Shown: positions 19,136 to 30,119, counted from the stretch's first letter. The stretch is DNA of 64,000 nt from Parachlamydiales bacterium (GCA_963705295.1 OY970065.1:1248001-1312000); one strand, 5' to 3'. The notes: generated by a model not told the origin, from the letters alone. Made by a program: numbers and translations.

Positions 19136-22100
19136 AAAAATATGTATTTTGGAATTCATCTCCACGCTGTAGAAGTCTGGGCCAATATGTAGAGTTTTGG
19201 AAGCCATGTTCAACAAGGGGAGGCCCGCAAGGGCTACCAATGAATTGGACATTAGAAGAGAGTCCAAAAATCTTACAGAAGATTGCTTTGATATAGCCCA
19301 ATATATTTGTCATAGGGACGCCATCTCGGATGGAGACATAATGTAGCACGCTTGCAGCTAGTTCACTAGAAAATAATGAAGCAGAACCAAAGGTTACTAC
19401 ATTGATGTATTGTCTTTCTTCGGGGGTGAGAAGCTTTAGGGCGCTTTCGGTGATGGCGCCGCCTTGGCTGTGGGCATAGTGGTAGATGACGCCATCGGAA
19501 ATGTTATTTCCTTGAAATTCTTGGATCATTGATCTCCATTCGTGAGCTAGAAGGCGAGCAGGCCGGGAACCGATGCCGGTGAGATCGAGGATGGTTTCTG
19601 CAATGTCTGAAAAGAATCCATGCGTTGCATTGTAAAGAAAATTAACCAAGGCACCTCCATGGGCCTCCGAGATGAGGGCTGTGAGAAGGCTAGCATCGGC
19701 AAAGCAATTGAGGATTCCATTAACAGCTGTAATTCTAACATGATTGCCGGCATCACGGCTGCCATGCCGAATAAATTGAGAATGGTCACGCTTTTCGACT
19801 GTTTTCCCCATCATCCAGCGACCTAAGGAGGCTGTAGAGCCGCCATCGAGGAAGGTGAGACAGTTTCCGAGGGCGGCAAGTCCGTAGCCGAGTCCTTGGA
19901 TGCAGTCCGACACGGGAACGGAAAATTGGAAGTTGTAGCCGAAGAGGCCGTGGAGGTCGAGTTTGAGGAGGGGATTGTTGTGGACAAAGGCGTAGAGATT
20001 CATCCCGTCGGTAAATCCTTGAGGGTCGGGAGTGAGCCAGCGACCTAGGGAGGGGGAATAAAAGCGGCGGCCGTAATAGACGAGATTGAATTCGGTATCG
20101 GTCCGTTTGGAAGAAAATCTCCAGGGATTGATAGGGTTTGAGATGGTTTCTTCTCCAAAGGCTGTGTAGGTGGTCGTTTCGACGACTTTGCGGGTTTTGG
20201 CGGAGATGAGTTTGATGACATTTCCACGGAGATCGTGAATGGGGAGAAAGAGTTCACCTCGGAGTTCAAGGGCAACGGCAGCACCGATCTCGGCCCCTTT
20301 TCCAAGTCCAAGGATGCGGAGTTCGAGAAGTTGATTGGATCCTACAGAGCCAATTTCTTGATCGCCATCGTAGAGAAATGAGCATTTTGTGCACGCGCCT
20401 TTTATGAAGAGTTTTTTGGAGATGCGCCGGTGAAACGGATCGTAAGTGAAAATGGCGTGGTGGGTTGGAGAGGTAATGGTGGTGATCCGATCAAAGACGT
20501 CATAGGTGAACTGGAGTGTTCCATCGGATAGGAGATTCCCGTTTCGGTCGTATTTGAGATGACCGTCTTGGTTGAGGTGATTGAAAATGGAGGAAGATCC
20601 ATCTTTTAAAATCCGGTTGTGGTGGGAGTCGTAGACATAGGCGTGATGGGGCTCACCCGTGAGCTGTGAAAGATCATCGTACGAGTAGTTGGAGGTTTGC
20701 CCATCTTGAACAACGGTTTGAAGATTGCCCTGCGGATCGTAGTGGAGGCTGGCTTCAAAATAGGGGCATGAGGTGGAGATGGTTCTTCCGAGAAGATCGG
20801 TTTTAAATTTTTGAGATCCGAGATTTTTGATAAGCTTTTGCTCGAGTAGTTGGCCACTTTGGTTGAAATGGGTGTAGGCATGGTGATAGAGCTCTTTCTG
20901 GTGTGGGGAAATGCGGGTGATCTTTCGGAGAAAGGCGGCATCGTAGGTATATAAAATGGAAGATTGGTCGGGGAGAAAAAGGGCAGTCTTGCGTCCAAGA
21001 GAGTCATAGGAGGAGCTGATTGTCAGGCCATTTGCTAAAGTTTCGGAGATGAGTCTTGAGTGGTGATCATAAGAGCGCCTGACTTGAGTCCCTTGGACGA
21101 GATCTTCGATCAGTTCGGGTTGATGTAAACCGTTGTAGGTATACCTTAGATGGCATGATTGATCGGATGAGGTGAGTTCATGGAGCCGATTGAGTGGATC
21201 ATACGTATAAGTGAGGATGATGCCATCTGGTTTGTGGACCTGGTGGAGCATCCCTTTAACGGTGTATGTGTACCGCGTGATTTTCTGCTCGGGAGTTCCT
21301 GCGGCTTCGATGAGTTTGAGGACTCTTTTTTGAGAGCCGTATTTCCACTTTGTCGTGATGGTTTTCGATGTTTGAGAGATTTTGTTGCCATCGGCATCGT
21401 ACAAGTAGGTTTCTTTGTGGATGAGCTCGTGGAAGGTGTTGAGAATCTCCAATGCAATCGGCCTGCCGAGAGGATCGAAGGTTTCAATCCGTTGAATTCC
21501 TGCTGGATCGATGGTGGTTTTTTTCGATTCTTTATCATCGTAGATAAAGCGGGTAATTTGCCCGAGACCATCCACCCGTTCGATGGGCCGTTTATACGGG
21601 TCATACAGGGTGAGTTCGATGGCAGGGCCGTTTTCTGTGTACCGGATGATTTCGCTTTTGTTTCCTGCTGCGTCGTATTTATAGGAGACTCGAGTGAGGT
21701 CTTCAATTCTTTCTTCGGTGACGCGGCCTAGAAGATCGAAATCTCGACCAACAGTGCGATTGCTTCCTTGAGTATGGGTGAGTCTTCCAAGAGTGTCGTA
21801 TTGGTATTCGATCCGATCACCCATGCAATTTTCGGCGATTTTTCGGCCTGCGCAGTCGTACTCGTAGGTGGTTACGTGGCCTGCTGCGTCGGTTTTTGAA
21901 AGAAGATGGAATGCATTGTAGGTCCAGCTTTCGGAGGAAAGGATGGTGTCTCCATTAGAAATCGTTTTGCAGGTGACGCGGCCTAAGACATCGTACGTGT
22001 AGTCGGTCGAAGTGCCGAGCTGATCGATCGAAGTTTTGAGGGTGCCTTCGAGATTGTAGATGAACTTTTCTTGGGTGCCATCCGCGTAAGAAATGAAAGT

Positions 22101-24503
22101 GGGTTTTCCACGGATGTTGAACGTTTGAGTTGTTTTTTCTCCTCGGGCGTTGGTGGAGGAGGTTTGACGGCCGAGGCCATCATAGGTGGCAGATACGGTT
22201 TCAGACGTGGGAAGCTTGGTCTGTATGAGATGATCGAAAGGGTCATAGGTGTACTCGGTTTTATTTCCTTGGGGGTCGATCGATCCGATTTTTTGGTTTT
22301 TGAGGTTGTAGTGATGGTGCGTGGTTCGCTGGGTCCCATCGTCTCCTTTTTCCCTTGTTTCGATGAGTCGATTGGCATGGTCATAGGTATAGAATGTGGT
22401 GAGTCGTTTTTCTTCAGCGGAGAGAACATTGCCAACGGCATCATAGGTGTAGGTTCTTATTTCCCCGATCGGATTGGTTTCTGAAGTAAGATACCCTTGT
22501 TTGTCGTATTTCTTGGAGAGGGTATACCGGTGGTTGTCGTCACTATCATAGATCTCTTGTTTTTTAACTTTTCCTTGAGATGTATAGGCTAAGATGGTTT
22601 TGCGGAGGAGTTTTTCTTCCCCTGTCGCCATGACGGTATATTTTTCTTCAACGAGTTCAGGCAGTCCATAGAAATGCTCAGATCTTCGAGGGGTTATTTT
22701 TTTGATAAACCTGTGGGTTGCTCCAAGGAGATTGCGAGGATCGGCGGTAATGCCATTATCTTTGATCTCGGAGATGAGAAGGTAGTCTTGATATTCAAAA
22801 TATTCACGGATGAGAATTTTATCGCCGTCGTAGGTAAGACGAGAGGTGAGCAAATCGGTATCTTCGAGATAGGTGAACCGGGTGATGAGCCCACTCGGTT
22901 CTTTTTTCCATGCCATGAGGTGATTCGGATAATATCCGTAGGTGGTTTCGGCGATTTCGTCTGCATCCGTTAGGATCGAATCTTCGTGGAGAATTTGGAA
23001 TTTTGCGAGAGCCCCTTTAACTTGATTGAGTTTCCAGAAGCTTTCGGGCTCGCTTCGTGGAATATAGAGGCCTGGTCCCTCGCGGCGGAGCTCTTTGCAT
23101 TTGGAGGCTTTTCCATCATCGCAGAGAAGAACTCTATGGATGTCATTTTCATAGACGTATGCTTCGTAGAATTTTGAAGGGGTTTTATCATAAGTAATCT
23201 TGAAATGGGAGCGGGCTAGCCCCGAGAGATTTCCGCACAATTTTTCCGTAAGGACATTCCCAAAAACATCATAGTCGTAGATTTTGGCAAAGGAGACGTT
23301 CTTTCCGTCAGTGAATAATTTTGCTTTTAGATTGCCGCTTTCTGTCCAAAAATTCTTCTCAGAGCAATAGAGTTGGTCTTTTCCGATGTACCAATTTGTT
23401 TCCAGGGGGCGACACTCTTTATTGGCTTTGATGGAGATTTTATTATCCTCGGCGTCCAAGATCTCCGCTTCCCCGCTTTTGTAGGTAAACTTATGAGTCA
23501 TGCCGAGGGGTCCTGAGAGTGTTTTGACCTTGTTCTTAAAGTAGCTGGGTACAATCGAGCATTTGAGCGGGAGGGACATTTTTCGAATGCGCGGCCCATC
23601 CCCTTTGTGGCCATCTTCAAAATGAAAAGTCTCTGTAGGGCCAAAATTTCTTTCGATCTTATCTAGAATGAAGCAATCGACAGGTCTCTTCCGACTATCG
23701 CCATCTTTGTCATACTCTTCATAAACATAAGGTTTAAAATGAAAGGTTACGGTTCGATTATCGCTTGTTTTGATGGTAACATCGGCATCTCCCTCGTAAT
23801 TAAATCGTGCCCAGGCATAAATTTTGGTGCCATCTGGATTCGTGGTTTTGATGAGTTTGATTTTGCCATTAGAGTGGTAACTATAGTAGATCCGATTGCC
23901 ATTGGAGAGTTTCTCAGATTCGAGTAGAAAAAGCTCCCAGCTCTCTCCAATTTCTTTGACGACGTGTTTGAATTGATAAATCCTCTCTGTACCATCAGCG
24001 GTATAGACGACCATCTCGCGCGGATTTGTCTTAAGGACGCGGTAGTTTTGAAGATGGGTTCTTCCTCCGATTTCCCCGCGTGCATCATTGGTGATGCCGT
24101 CTCCATGTTTTTTAAAATCCATCAGGTATTCATTTTCAAGAGCCCGATCAAAACTGAGGCGGGAGCCATTTTTTTCGGCAACAATCACCCTGTCGACCCG
24201 GGCGACCCGGCGATCGTCGACAAAGTGCACAAGCTTGAGATGGGGCAAAATCTCGAAACCGACTTTTCCTTTGTAGTCGGTTTGGCCATCTCCACTGATG
24301 TAAAGAATGGGAATGGGCAGAGGCTGCGCACCTTCAATCACGATCTCGTTGCGTGAAATATAAAAATCGCCCGTGAGTGGATTGACAGAGTCGCAAATGT
24401 GGAGATGGGGTTCGCCCTCTGTAACGGCGAGAACATGCGGATTAACATGCGTCGCTTGATTTGCAAAGAGGTTTAGAAACCAGAGTAAAAATAAAATTAC
24501 CAC
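19125..24503 (-). CDS. Rhs/YD-repeat polymorphic toxin with alpha/beta-hydrolase-like C-terminal domain
   Basis: Many YD repeats; core NPWRFSSKR...RFYSPSLGRWLTPDPQG...NLYAFVHNNPLLKLDLHG; tip contains YAHSQGG. Confidence 0.92.
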   Translation of the reverse strand: MVILFLLWFLNLFANQATHVNPHVLAVTEGEPHLHICDSVNPLTGDFYISRNEIVIEGAQPLPIPILYISGDGQTDYKGKVGFEILPHLKLVHFVDDRRVARVDRVIVAEKNGSRLSFDRALENEYLMDFKKHGDGITNDARGEIGGRTHLQNYRVLKTNPREMVVYTADGTERIYQFKHVVKEIGESWELFLLESEKLSNGNRIYYSYHSNGKIKLIKTTNPDGTKIYAWARFNYEGDADVTIKTSDNRTVTFHFKPYVYEEYDKDGDSRKRPVDCFILDKIERNFGPTETFHFEDGHKGDGPRIRKMSLPLKCSIVPSYFKNKVKTLSGPLGMTHKFTYKSGEAEILDAEDNKISIKANKECRPLETNWYIGKDQLYCSEKNFWTESGNLKAKLFTDGKNVSFAKIYDYDVFGNVLTEKLCGNLSGLARSHFKITYDKTPSKFYEAYVYENDIHRVLLCDDGKASKCKELRREGPGLYIPRSEPESFWKLNQVKGALAKFQILHEDSILTDADEIAETTYGYYPNHLMAWKKEPSGLITRFTYLEDTDLLTSRLTYDGDKILIREYFEYQDYLLISEIKDNGITADPRNLLGATHRFIKKITPRRSEHFYGLPELVEEKYTVMATGEEKLLRKTILAYTSQGKVKKQEIYDSDDNHRYTLSKKYDKQGYLTSETNPIGEIRTYTYDAVGNVLSAEEKRLTTFYTYDHANRLIETREKGDDGTQRTTHHHYNLKNQKIGSIDPQGNKTEYTYDPFDHLIQTKLPTSETVSATYDGLGRQTSSTNARGEKTTQTFNIRGKPTFISYADGTQEKFIYNLEGTLKTSIDQLGTSTDYTYDVLGRVTCKTISNGDTILSSESWTYNAFHLLSKTDAAGHVTTYEYDCAGRKIAENCMGDRIEYQYDTLGRLTHTQGSNRTVGRDFDLLGRVTEERIEDLTRVSYKYDAAGNKSEIIRYTENGPAIELTLYDPYKRPIERVDGLGQITRFIYDDKESKKTTIDPAGIQRIETFDPLGRPIALEILNTFHELIHKETYLYDADGNKISQTSKTITTKWKYGSQKRVLKLIEAAGTPEQKITRYTYTVKGMLHQVHKPDGIILTYTYDPLNRLHELTSSDQSCHLRYTYNGLHQPELIEDLVQGTQVRRSYDHHSRLISETLANGLTISSSYDSLGRKTALFLPDQSSILYTYDAAFLRKITRISPHQKELYHHAYTHFNQSGQLLEQKLIKNLGSQKFKTDLLGRTISTSCPYFEASLHYDPQGNLQTVVQDGQTSNYSYDDLSQLTGEPHHAYVYDSHHNRILKDGSSSIFNHLNQDGHLKYDRNGNLLSDGTLQFTYDVFDRITTITSPTHHAIFTYDPFHRRISKKLFIKGACTKCSFLYDGDQEIGSVGSNQLLELRILGLGKGAEIGAAVALELRGELFLPIHDLRGNVIKLISAKTRKVVETTTYTAFGEETISNPINPWRFSSKRTDTEFNLVYYGRRFYSPSLGRWLTPDPQGFTDGMNLYAFVHNNPLLKLDLHGLFGYNFQFSVPVSDCIQGLGYGLAALGNCLTFLDGGSTASLGRWMMGKTVEKRDHSQFIRHGSRDAGNHVRITAVNGILNCFADASLLTALISEAHGGALVNFLYNATHGFFSDIAETILDLTGIGSRPARLLAHEWRSMIQEFQGNNISDGVIYHYAHSQGGAITESALKLLTPEERQYINVVTFGSASLFSSELAASVLHYVSIRDGVPMTNILGYIKAIFCKIFGLSSNVQFIGSPCGPPLVEHGFQNSTYWPRLLQRGDEFQNTYFYEK

Positions 24504-24508
24504 GCGAT

Positions 24509-27500
24509 TTAGCGTAGCAATTTCAAAACTTGTTTAATAGGTTTATCTTCGGAGAAAATCCGATTAGAATCGGCATCAACTGCCGATGTCTCTTTTTGTT
24601 CCCAAGGAAACGGACGTTTGGGAGGCGGGGCTTTGGCATTCATATCGGGGAGGGGACCGATTTTTTTGACGAGACTTCCGAAGATAGAGCCTCCCGGAAC
24701 TTTTTCTAGAGCGCCTTGCACGGCTTTTTGTTGCCACAGCAGGAGAGCTCCAATTTTGGTTGTGGCCGATCCAGTGTTGAGTTGGACATTATTGAACGGG
24801 CCGCGCAGAGGGATTTGCATCACATAATTTTCTGGAAGGTTTTTAACGCCGAACGCTATTTTAAGACAGCTGGCAGTGAGACCTAAAACCATATCGACTT
24901 GCCTAGGAACAAAGTCGATCAGACCCCAAAGGCAAATCTGGAGTTTCCGTGCGATGAGGATTTCTGTCCTTTCACAATCGAGGAGCCCGTCGCGGATGTG
25001 AAAATCACAAGGAGCAACCCACAGCTCGATATTTTGATTTTTTGAAAACTCGCTCAGTTTAAGAAGGCCGAGGGTAACATTCACATTTCCTTCGTTACGA
25101 CAGTAGATTTTTCCGAGCTCTAATCGACCCTGAGGAATATTGATCTCAGCGTCGTTATGCGGAAATAACGGATACGAAAACCCTTGAGGAGGTATTTCTA
25201 GAGTGATCGCCCCTTCCGATGTGATGGAAGAAAGTGAAAGAGGATTGAACGATTGCAGAAGAAGTTTTCCGAGATCTTCGGTCAGATTCATTTGAACATG
25301 GAATGGATCGTGGAGCGTGAGGAGTCCATGGTTGACGGTTCCGTTCAAAGATGTTCTTAAGTTTTGAGAGGAGAGTTGAAGAAAAATGGGGCCACTCCAG
25401 TTGGTGAGAGTGGTGCGGGCAGTGAGATTGATTTGTGGGCCAAAAAGAGTGACCATCGAAAAAGGGGAAACAGCCGTGAGAATCACATCAAAAGCTTCTG
25501 TGGGAAATTGTTGCAGCTGTCCTGTGAGATCGGTTGACCCCGAAATAAAATCGAAACTGGCTTGGATGTTGGCCGTTCCTTCCGGTTGCCCTGCACCATT
25601 GAACTTGAAAATGTAAGGACTCAGCGGCGTGTCGTGTTTGGTATGGAGACGGAGCCCGTGTAATCGGATATTCTTGGTTGCAGAAAAAGCGAGTGAATCG
25701 ATGGAAAGATCTGCTGTGTAGCATAACTTTGTCAAATCAAATGAGTCGGAGAGAGGATATCGAAAAAAAGGGATGGCTGCTTTGATGACGGCCGGCTCTG
25801 TGAGTTTAAAGCCGGTTTTTGCTGGGTTAAAGCAGCTCGATAGGGCTGCATACCCTTCTGGAGTGAGAGTCCACGTCAAGCTGGCGGGCTGGGAGAGGAC
25901 AACCGCTTGATCTTGTTGCTCCAATGACGCTTTTGCTGAAAAAGTCTCGTTATTAATTTGAAAAGCCATTTGTTTTTTTGAGGTGAGTTCAGCCGTTCCA
26001 TTTAAAAAGGGGCCAACAATAACAGAGATAGGTTGGTTCATCAAAACATCGATGATCGACATTGGAATATGGGAAAAAATCGCCTTGCCGGTGAGATCAC
26101 GCGGCCAACCAAACTGGCCAGTGACTTTAAAGGGTCCTTGATCCACCGTTGTTGTCAGATCGTAGGTCCCTTTTTTTGACGATAAGTCGCCAGACGCTAA
26201 AATCGTGGAGTCTCCAATGGAAATTTGCTGTAACAGAAATGGGTCGACATGGATCTGCGATGAAATAGTTCCACTTAAAGTCGCAAGATTTAAACGGAAC
26301 GGCTCTATTTTCAAGCCGAGTTTCAAAGAAGGAAAAGGGGAAGGAAGGTGTGAGAGAAGATAGGTGGCATCGGTTTGTTTGGATGAAAAGAGAGTTTGAT
26401 CACGCGGGTTATATCCCCCTTCGAAATGTCCCTGCACTGTATCACTCTGCACATTCAGGGCAACCGAAGAGAGGCTTTTCGCTGAAAAATCGACTTTGGT
26501 ATTTCCAGGAAAAAACCCTTCACCATTGCCACTAACGTTCTCCAGGTTGTCGGGAAGGTGGACAAGAGCATTCAACTGAAATTGGGGTGAATCGGCTTTG
26601 ATCGTGAAGTCGCGATTTTTAAAATTTTCTGTTGTCACAAAGAGATTGAACGGTTGGACAACTCCATAAGGAAATTCGATCGCCTCAGCTTTCAAGAGAG
26701 CTTGGAACGAGAAACTTTCTTTATCGTCTAAGGGAAGAGAGAGTTGATCGATTCTCAACCGTCCATGAAAATCACCCTTCGCATCGATCAGAGCTTGAGG
26801 AATCTGGAAGACGACCGTAGCTGGTGTTGCGAGAACCACTCTTCCGTCCGCTGTTTTTGTTTCAATATGGGCAGAAAAACGGTCCGAAGAGGCATCGCAA
26901 AAAAAATCTAAGATATGAGGTTGATTGCGGAGTTTAACTTGAATGTCAATCGCTTCTCCCACCGCATCCAAGATCGCTCCTTGGAATTTCGGGCAGGTTA
27001 AAGCCAGAATTTGATCCCCCGTCCGCGTAGGAAAATTCTTTAAAGTGGCATCGAGCTCCGTTTGATCCGGCGTTGTATTAAACGCGATATCGAACCGCCC
27101 CTCAACCCCATGCTGCTCTGTTTGGCCACTCCCTTGCAATTTCATCTCTAATTTCATGAGCGTGATATCTAAATCAACTCCTCTAAGAGAAACCGGCTCA
27201 AATCCTGCCGCTTTGAAAAGACCTTCTCCTTGATGGACAATGATATGACCGAAAAAAGGGGATGTGCTCCCTTTCATCGAAAACGAAGGACAAAAACTCG
27301 CCATCTTGATTTGAGGTTTGAGCTGACAAGCCATCGGTATGGCTGTTTCGATCACCCACTTCGGCTCTTCAATCTGCAATTGTCCGAGATTGTGATAAAA
27401 CAAAATCTGCCAGAGTGTCGAATCGGTTTCGACCGTTTTGCTCTCCAGGACAAACTGGTCTTTGACGACACAAAGATTTTCAGCCTTTTGTCCACTCCAC

Positions 27501-27667
27501 CAGCTCAGCTTCAACTTTTCTGCCGTGACTGTTGTTCCTGTGATCGATTTATAGAGTTTGAAGAAAAGGGCTTTTCCCCCACTCGTCGAAATGAGATTCG
27601 GTGCAAAGATCAGTGCTAAAATCAAAAGAACGATCGCCAGTAAGATCAGCCTAAAAATAAATTTCAT
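24509..27667 (-). CDS. large membrane-anchored beta-rich protein (AsmA-like)
   Basis: N-terminal TM anchor, 1052 aa beta-strand-rich pattern, C-terminal IPLRGPFNN. Confidence 0.55.
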   Translation of the reverse strand: MKFIFRLILLAIVLLILALIFAPNLISTSGGKALFFKLYKSITGTTVTAEKLKLSWWSGQKAENLCVVKDQFVLESKTVETDSTLWQILFYHNLGQLQIEEPKWVIETAIPMACQLKPQIKMASFCPSFSMKGSTSPFFGHIIVHQGEGLFKAAGFEPVSLRGVDLDITLMKLEMKLQGSGQTEQHGVEGRFDIAFNTTPDQTELDATLKNFPTRTGDQILALTCPKFQGAILDAVGEAIDIQVKLRNQPHILDFFCDASSDRFSAHIETKTADGRVVLATPATVVFQIPQALIDAKGDFHGRLRIDQLSLPLDDKESFSFQALLKAEAIEFPYGVVQPFNLFVTTENFKNRDFTIKADSPQFQLNALVHLPDNLENVSGNGEGFFPGNTKVDFSAKSLSSVALNVQSDTVQGHFEGGYNPRDQTLFSSKQTDATYLLSHLPSPFPSLKLGLKIEPFRLNLATLSGTISSQIHVDPFLLQQISIGDSTILASGDLSSKKGTYDLTTTVDQGPFKVTGQFGWPRDLTGKAIFSHIPMSIIDVLMNQPISVIVGPFLNGTAELTSKKQMAFQINNETFSAKASLEQQDQAVVLSQPASLTWTLTPEGYAALSSCFNPAKTGFKLTEPAVIKAAIPFFRYPLSDSFDLTKLCYTADLSIDSLAFSATKNIRLHGLRLHTKHDTPLSPYIFKFNGAGQPEGTANIQASFDFISGSTDLTGQLQQFPTEAFDVILTAVSPFSMVTLFGPQINLTARTTLTNWSGPIFLQLSSQNLRTSLNGTVNHGLLTLHDPFHVQMNLTEDLGKLLLQSFNPLSLSSITSEGAITLEIPPQGFSYPLFPHNDAEINIPQGRLELGKIYCRNEGNVNVTLGLLKLSEFSKNQNIELWVAPCDFHIRDGLLDCERTEILIARKLQICLWGLIDFVPRQVDMVLGLTASCLKIAFGVKNLPENYVMQIPLRGPFNNVQLNTGSATTKIGALLLWQQKAVQGALEKVPGGSIFGSLVKKIGPLPDMNAKAPPPKRPFPWEQKETSAVDADSNRIFSEDKPIKQVLKLLR

Positions 27668-28203
27668 CGATTTTTGTACCTCAGCAGACCGACAATTGTT
27701 TTTGCATCCGTGATGTTCCCATCTTCGATCATCTGCATGGCCAGATCGACCGGAACAACGCGGACATCGATCCCATCCGTATCATCGGCGAAAAGCCTAT
27801 TCTCAATCAAGTCTGTTGCTAAAAATAAATGGATATATTCAGAAAGCATCCCGGGAGACGTGTAACACCCGCCCATCGATTCCATCACCCCTGCTTTATA
27901 ACCCGTCTCTTCCTGTAGCTCCCTCTGGGCACACTCCAACGGCGTTTCACCCGGATCTAACATCCCCGCCGGAATCTCGAGCGTCACCTTCCCAACGGCC
28001 CGCCTCCACTGCTCGACCAAAACCACCCTTCCTTCCGCGTCGACCGGTACAATCGCCGCAGCTCCCGGCAACACTCCCACTTCCCACGTTTTATTTCCAA
28101 TCACATCCTTCCGGACTCTCAGATATTTCCCCTCATAAACCCATGTGCTTTCAATCTTCGATTGTTTCTCAGCAAGAGCCCTTGCTTCCGCATTTTTTCC
28201 CAT
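27664..28203 (-). CDS. nudF: Nudix hydrolase, ADP-ribose pyrophosphatase-like
   Basis: EIPAGMLDPGETPLECAQRELQEETG Nudix box; TSPG; ITDAKT. Confidence 0.85.
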   Translation of the reverse strand: MGKNAEARALAEKQSKIESTWVYEGKYLRVRKDVIGNKTWEVGVLPGAAAIVPVDAEGRVVLVEQWRRAVGKVTLEIPAGMLDPGETPLECAQRELQEETGYKAGVMESMGGCYTSPGMLSEYIHLFLATDLIENRLFADDTDGIDVRVVPVDLAMQMIEDGNITDAKTIVGLLRYKNR

Positions 28204-28416
28204 ATAAAGAGATTAGAGCCTTCGAAGATTTTCTGTGACTAAAATTTTTTTTTCATAAGATCTTTTTTTGGAGGTATTTCATGCGAATTTTACATCAACT
28301 AACCCTTTTATCTCTTTTTTATGCAGGAGTTTTTGCACAAACTGAGTGTACGCTACATAAAGACCAGCAACATCAGCTGCATTGCAAAGTTGAATAATCT
28401 GTTCTCTGTAATTTTA

Positions 28417-28451
28417 TTAGCCCGACGACCAAAAGGTGACAAAGATGCTTG
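28417..28451. repeat. left-arm remnant of the palindromic element family
   Basis: TA + ttagcccgacgaccaaaaggtgacaaagatgcttg resembles the left arms of the 15667 and 35336 copies; no right arm seen. Confidence 0.7.
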
Positions 28452-28679
28452 ACTAATTCTTTATTAACATGGCTGGAAAATGTTCTGTTTTCGATTTGTT
28501 TTTGGAGAGAGTAGTTCGAAAATTTCCAGTATTTTAACAATGCCTCAAAATTACAACCTTCTAAATCAAAATACGTTAGGAAAAAGGACGGAGGCAAAAA
28601 TCGACATTTGTCTATTTACAACTCCAAATTTGTACATAAAAATGGAGGCAAAAAACAACAATTGTAGTATATTGACTCT

Positions 28680-30119
28680 ATGAAACATAATTTTTTTGGC
28701 AGAGAAAGAGAATTACAGCTTCTTTTAGAACTTACAGAAAAGAAAAGCGCTTCTTTTATTGTGATCCGGGGAAGACGCCGAATTGGAAAAAGCCGCCTTG
28801 TTGAAGAATTAGCCAAGCATTTCACTCACTCTTACACATTCTCTGGCCTTCCTCCAGACCATGAGACAACCGCCCAATATCAGCTAGATGAATTTTCCCG
28901 TCAAATCGCACGACAATTTCATACACCAAAAGCACGATACGATGATTGGGGTGACGCCTTTTGGGCGATTGGAGAAAGAATACGTTCAGGGAAAACCCTT
29001 CTTTTTTTCGATGAAATTTCGTGGATGGGATCCGAAGATCCAACTTTTTTGGGTAAAATTAAAAATTTCTGGGATCTTCAATTGCAAAAAAATCCTCAGC
29101 TCCTATTTGTGATTTGTGGATCAGCTTCATCTTGGATTGAAAAAAACATACTGAGTAGCACAGGATTTGTCGGACGGATTTCACGAGTTTTAACTTTAGA
29201 AGAACTCCCTCTTTCTGATTGCAACAAATTTTGGCCAAAACAAATTTCCACTTATGAAAAATTAAAAGTGCTTGCCGTTACAGGAGGTATACCTAAATAT
29301 TTGGAAGAGATTTTTCCTAAAAAAAGTGCCGAAGAAAATATCAAGCGACTTTGCTTTATGCCAGGTAGTCTTTTGGTTGATGAATTCGATAAAATCTTTT
29401 CCGGTGTTTTCCTTCGGTCATCAACATTTTACAAACAAATTCTAGAAGTTCTTGGAAATGGTCCGCGCACTCAGGAAGAAATTAGCTTTGCCCTTGCTCT
29501 TGAGACACGACTTGGACGCATCTCTGAATATTTATCGGAATTAGAGCTCGCTGGTTTTATTGCAAAGGACCATATATGGAATTTTAAAACAGGCCAAGAT
29601 ACGCGTACACATCGATATCGACTATCAGACAATTATATTCACTTTTATCTCAAATATATTGAAAAAAACCGAAGTAAAATCGAAAGGAATGCTTTTACAT
29701 TCAAATCACTAACAACTCTTCCTGAATGGAATACCATCATGGGTCTTCAATGTGAAAATCTCGTCCTTCACAATCGAAAACACCTCCATAATCTTTTGAA
29801 GATTCCCCCAGAGGATATGATTTGCGAAAATCCATTTTTTCAAAAAAGCACTAAACGCGCACCAGGATGCCAAATTGATTACCTCATCCAAACGAAATTT
29901 AACACCCTCTATGCATGTGAAATTAAATTTTCTAAATCACCGATAGGAAGTTCTATTCTTCAGGAAATGGAGATGAAATTAAAAGCTTTGAAAACACCTC
30001 ATGGTTTTTCCATACGTCCAGTTTTAATCCATGTCAATGGAGTCACAGAAGAGGTTGTAGATTCCGACTATTTTGCTTCTATAATTGATCTCGGACAACT
30101 TCTTGTTCCCCCATCTTAG
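28680..30119 (+). CDS. AAA+ ATPase (archaeal ATPase family) with probable wHTH and C-terminal PD-(D/E)xK-like domain
   Basis: FFGRERE, Walker A GRRRIGKS, Walker B LLFFDE, ICGS, TGGIPKY, QIDYL...CEIK. Confidence 0.85.
   Translation: MKHNFFGRERELQLLLELTEKKSASFIVIRGRRRIGKSRLVEELAKHFTHSYTFSGLPPDHETTAQYQLDEFSRQIARQFHTPKARYDDWGDAFWAIGERIRSGKTLLFFDEISWMGSEDPTFLGKIKNFWDLQLQKNPQLLFVICGSASSWIEKNILSSTGFVGRISRVLTLEELPLSDCNKFWPKQISTYEKLKVLAVTGGIPKYLEEIFPKKSAEENIKRLCFMPGSLLVDEFDKIFSGVFLRSSTFYKQILEVLGNGPRTQEEISFALALETRLGRISEYLSELELAGFIAKDHIWNFKTGQDTRTHRYRLSDNYIHFYLKYIEKNRSKIERNAFTFKSLTTLPEWNTIMGLQCENLVLHNRKHLHNLLKIPPEDMICENPFFQKSTKRAPGCQIDYLIQTKFNTLYACEIKFSKSPIGSSILQEMEMKLKALKTPHGFSIRPVLIHVNGVTEEVVDSDYFASIIDLGQLLVPPS

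Noticed and set aside
19136..19267. Upstream extension of the immunity ORF (208 aa version)
   Set aside because: Overlaps the Rhs tip; ATG 19135 gives a clean lipoprotein signal
22970..23200. Apparent extra segment in the Rhs N-terminal half as another element insertion
   Set aside because: No inverted arms or TA-flanked palindrome could be found there
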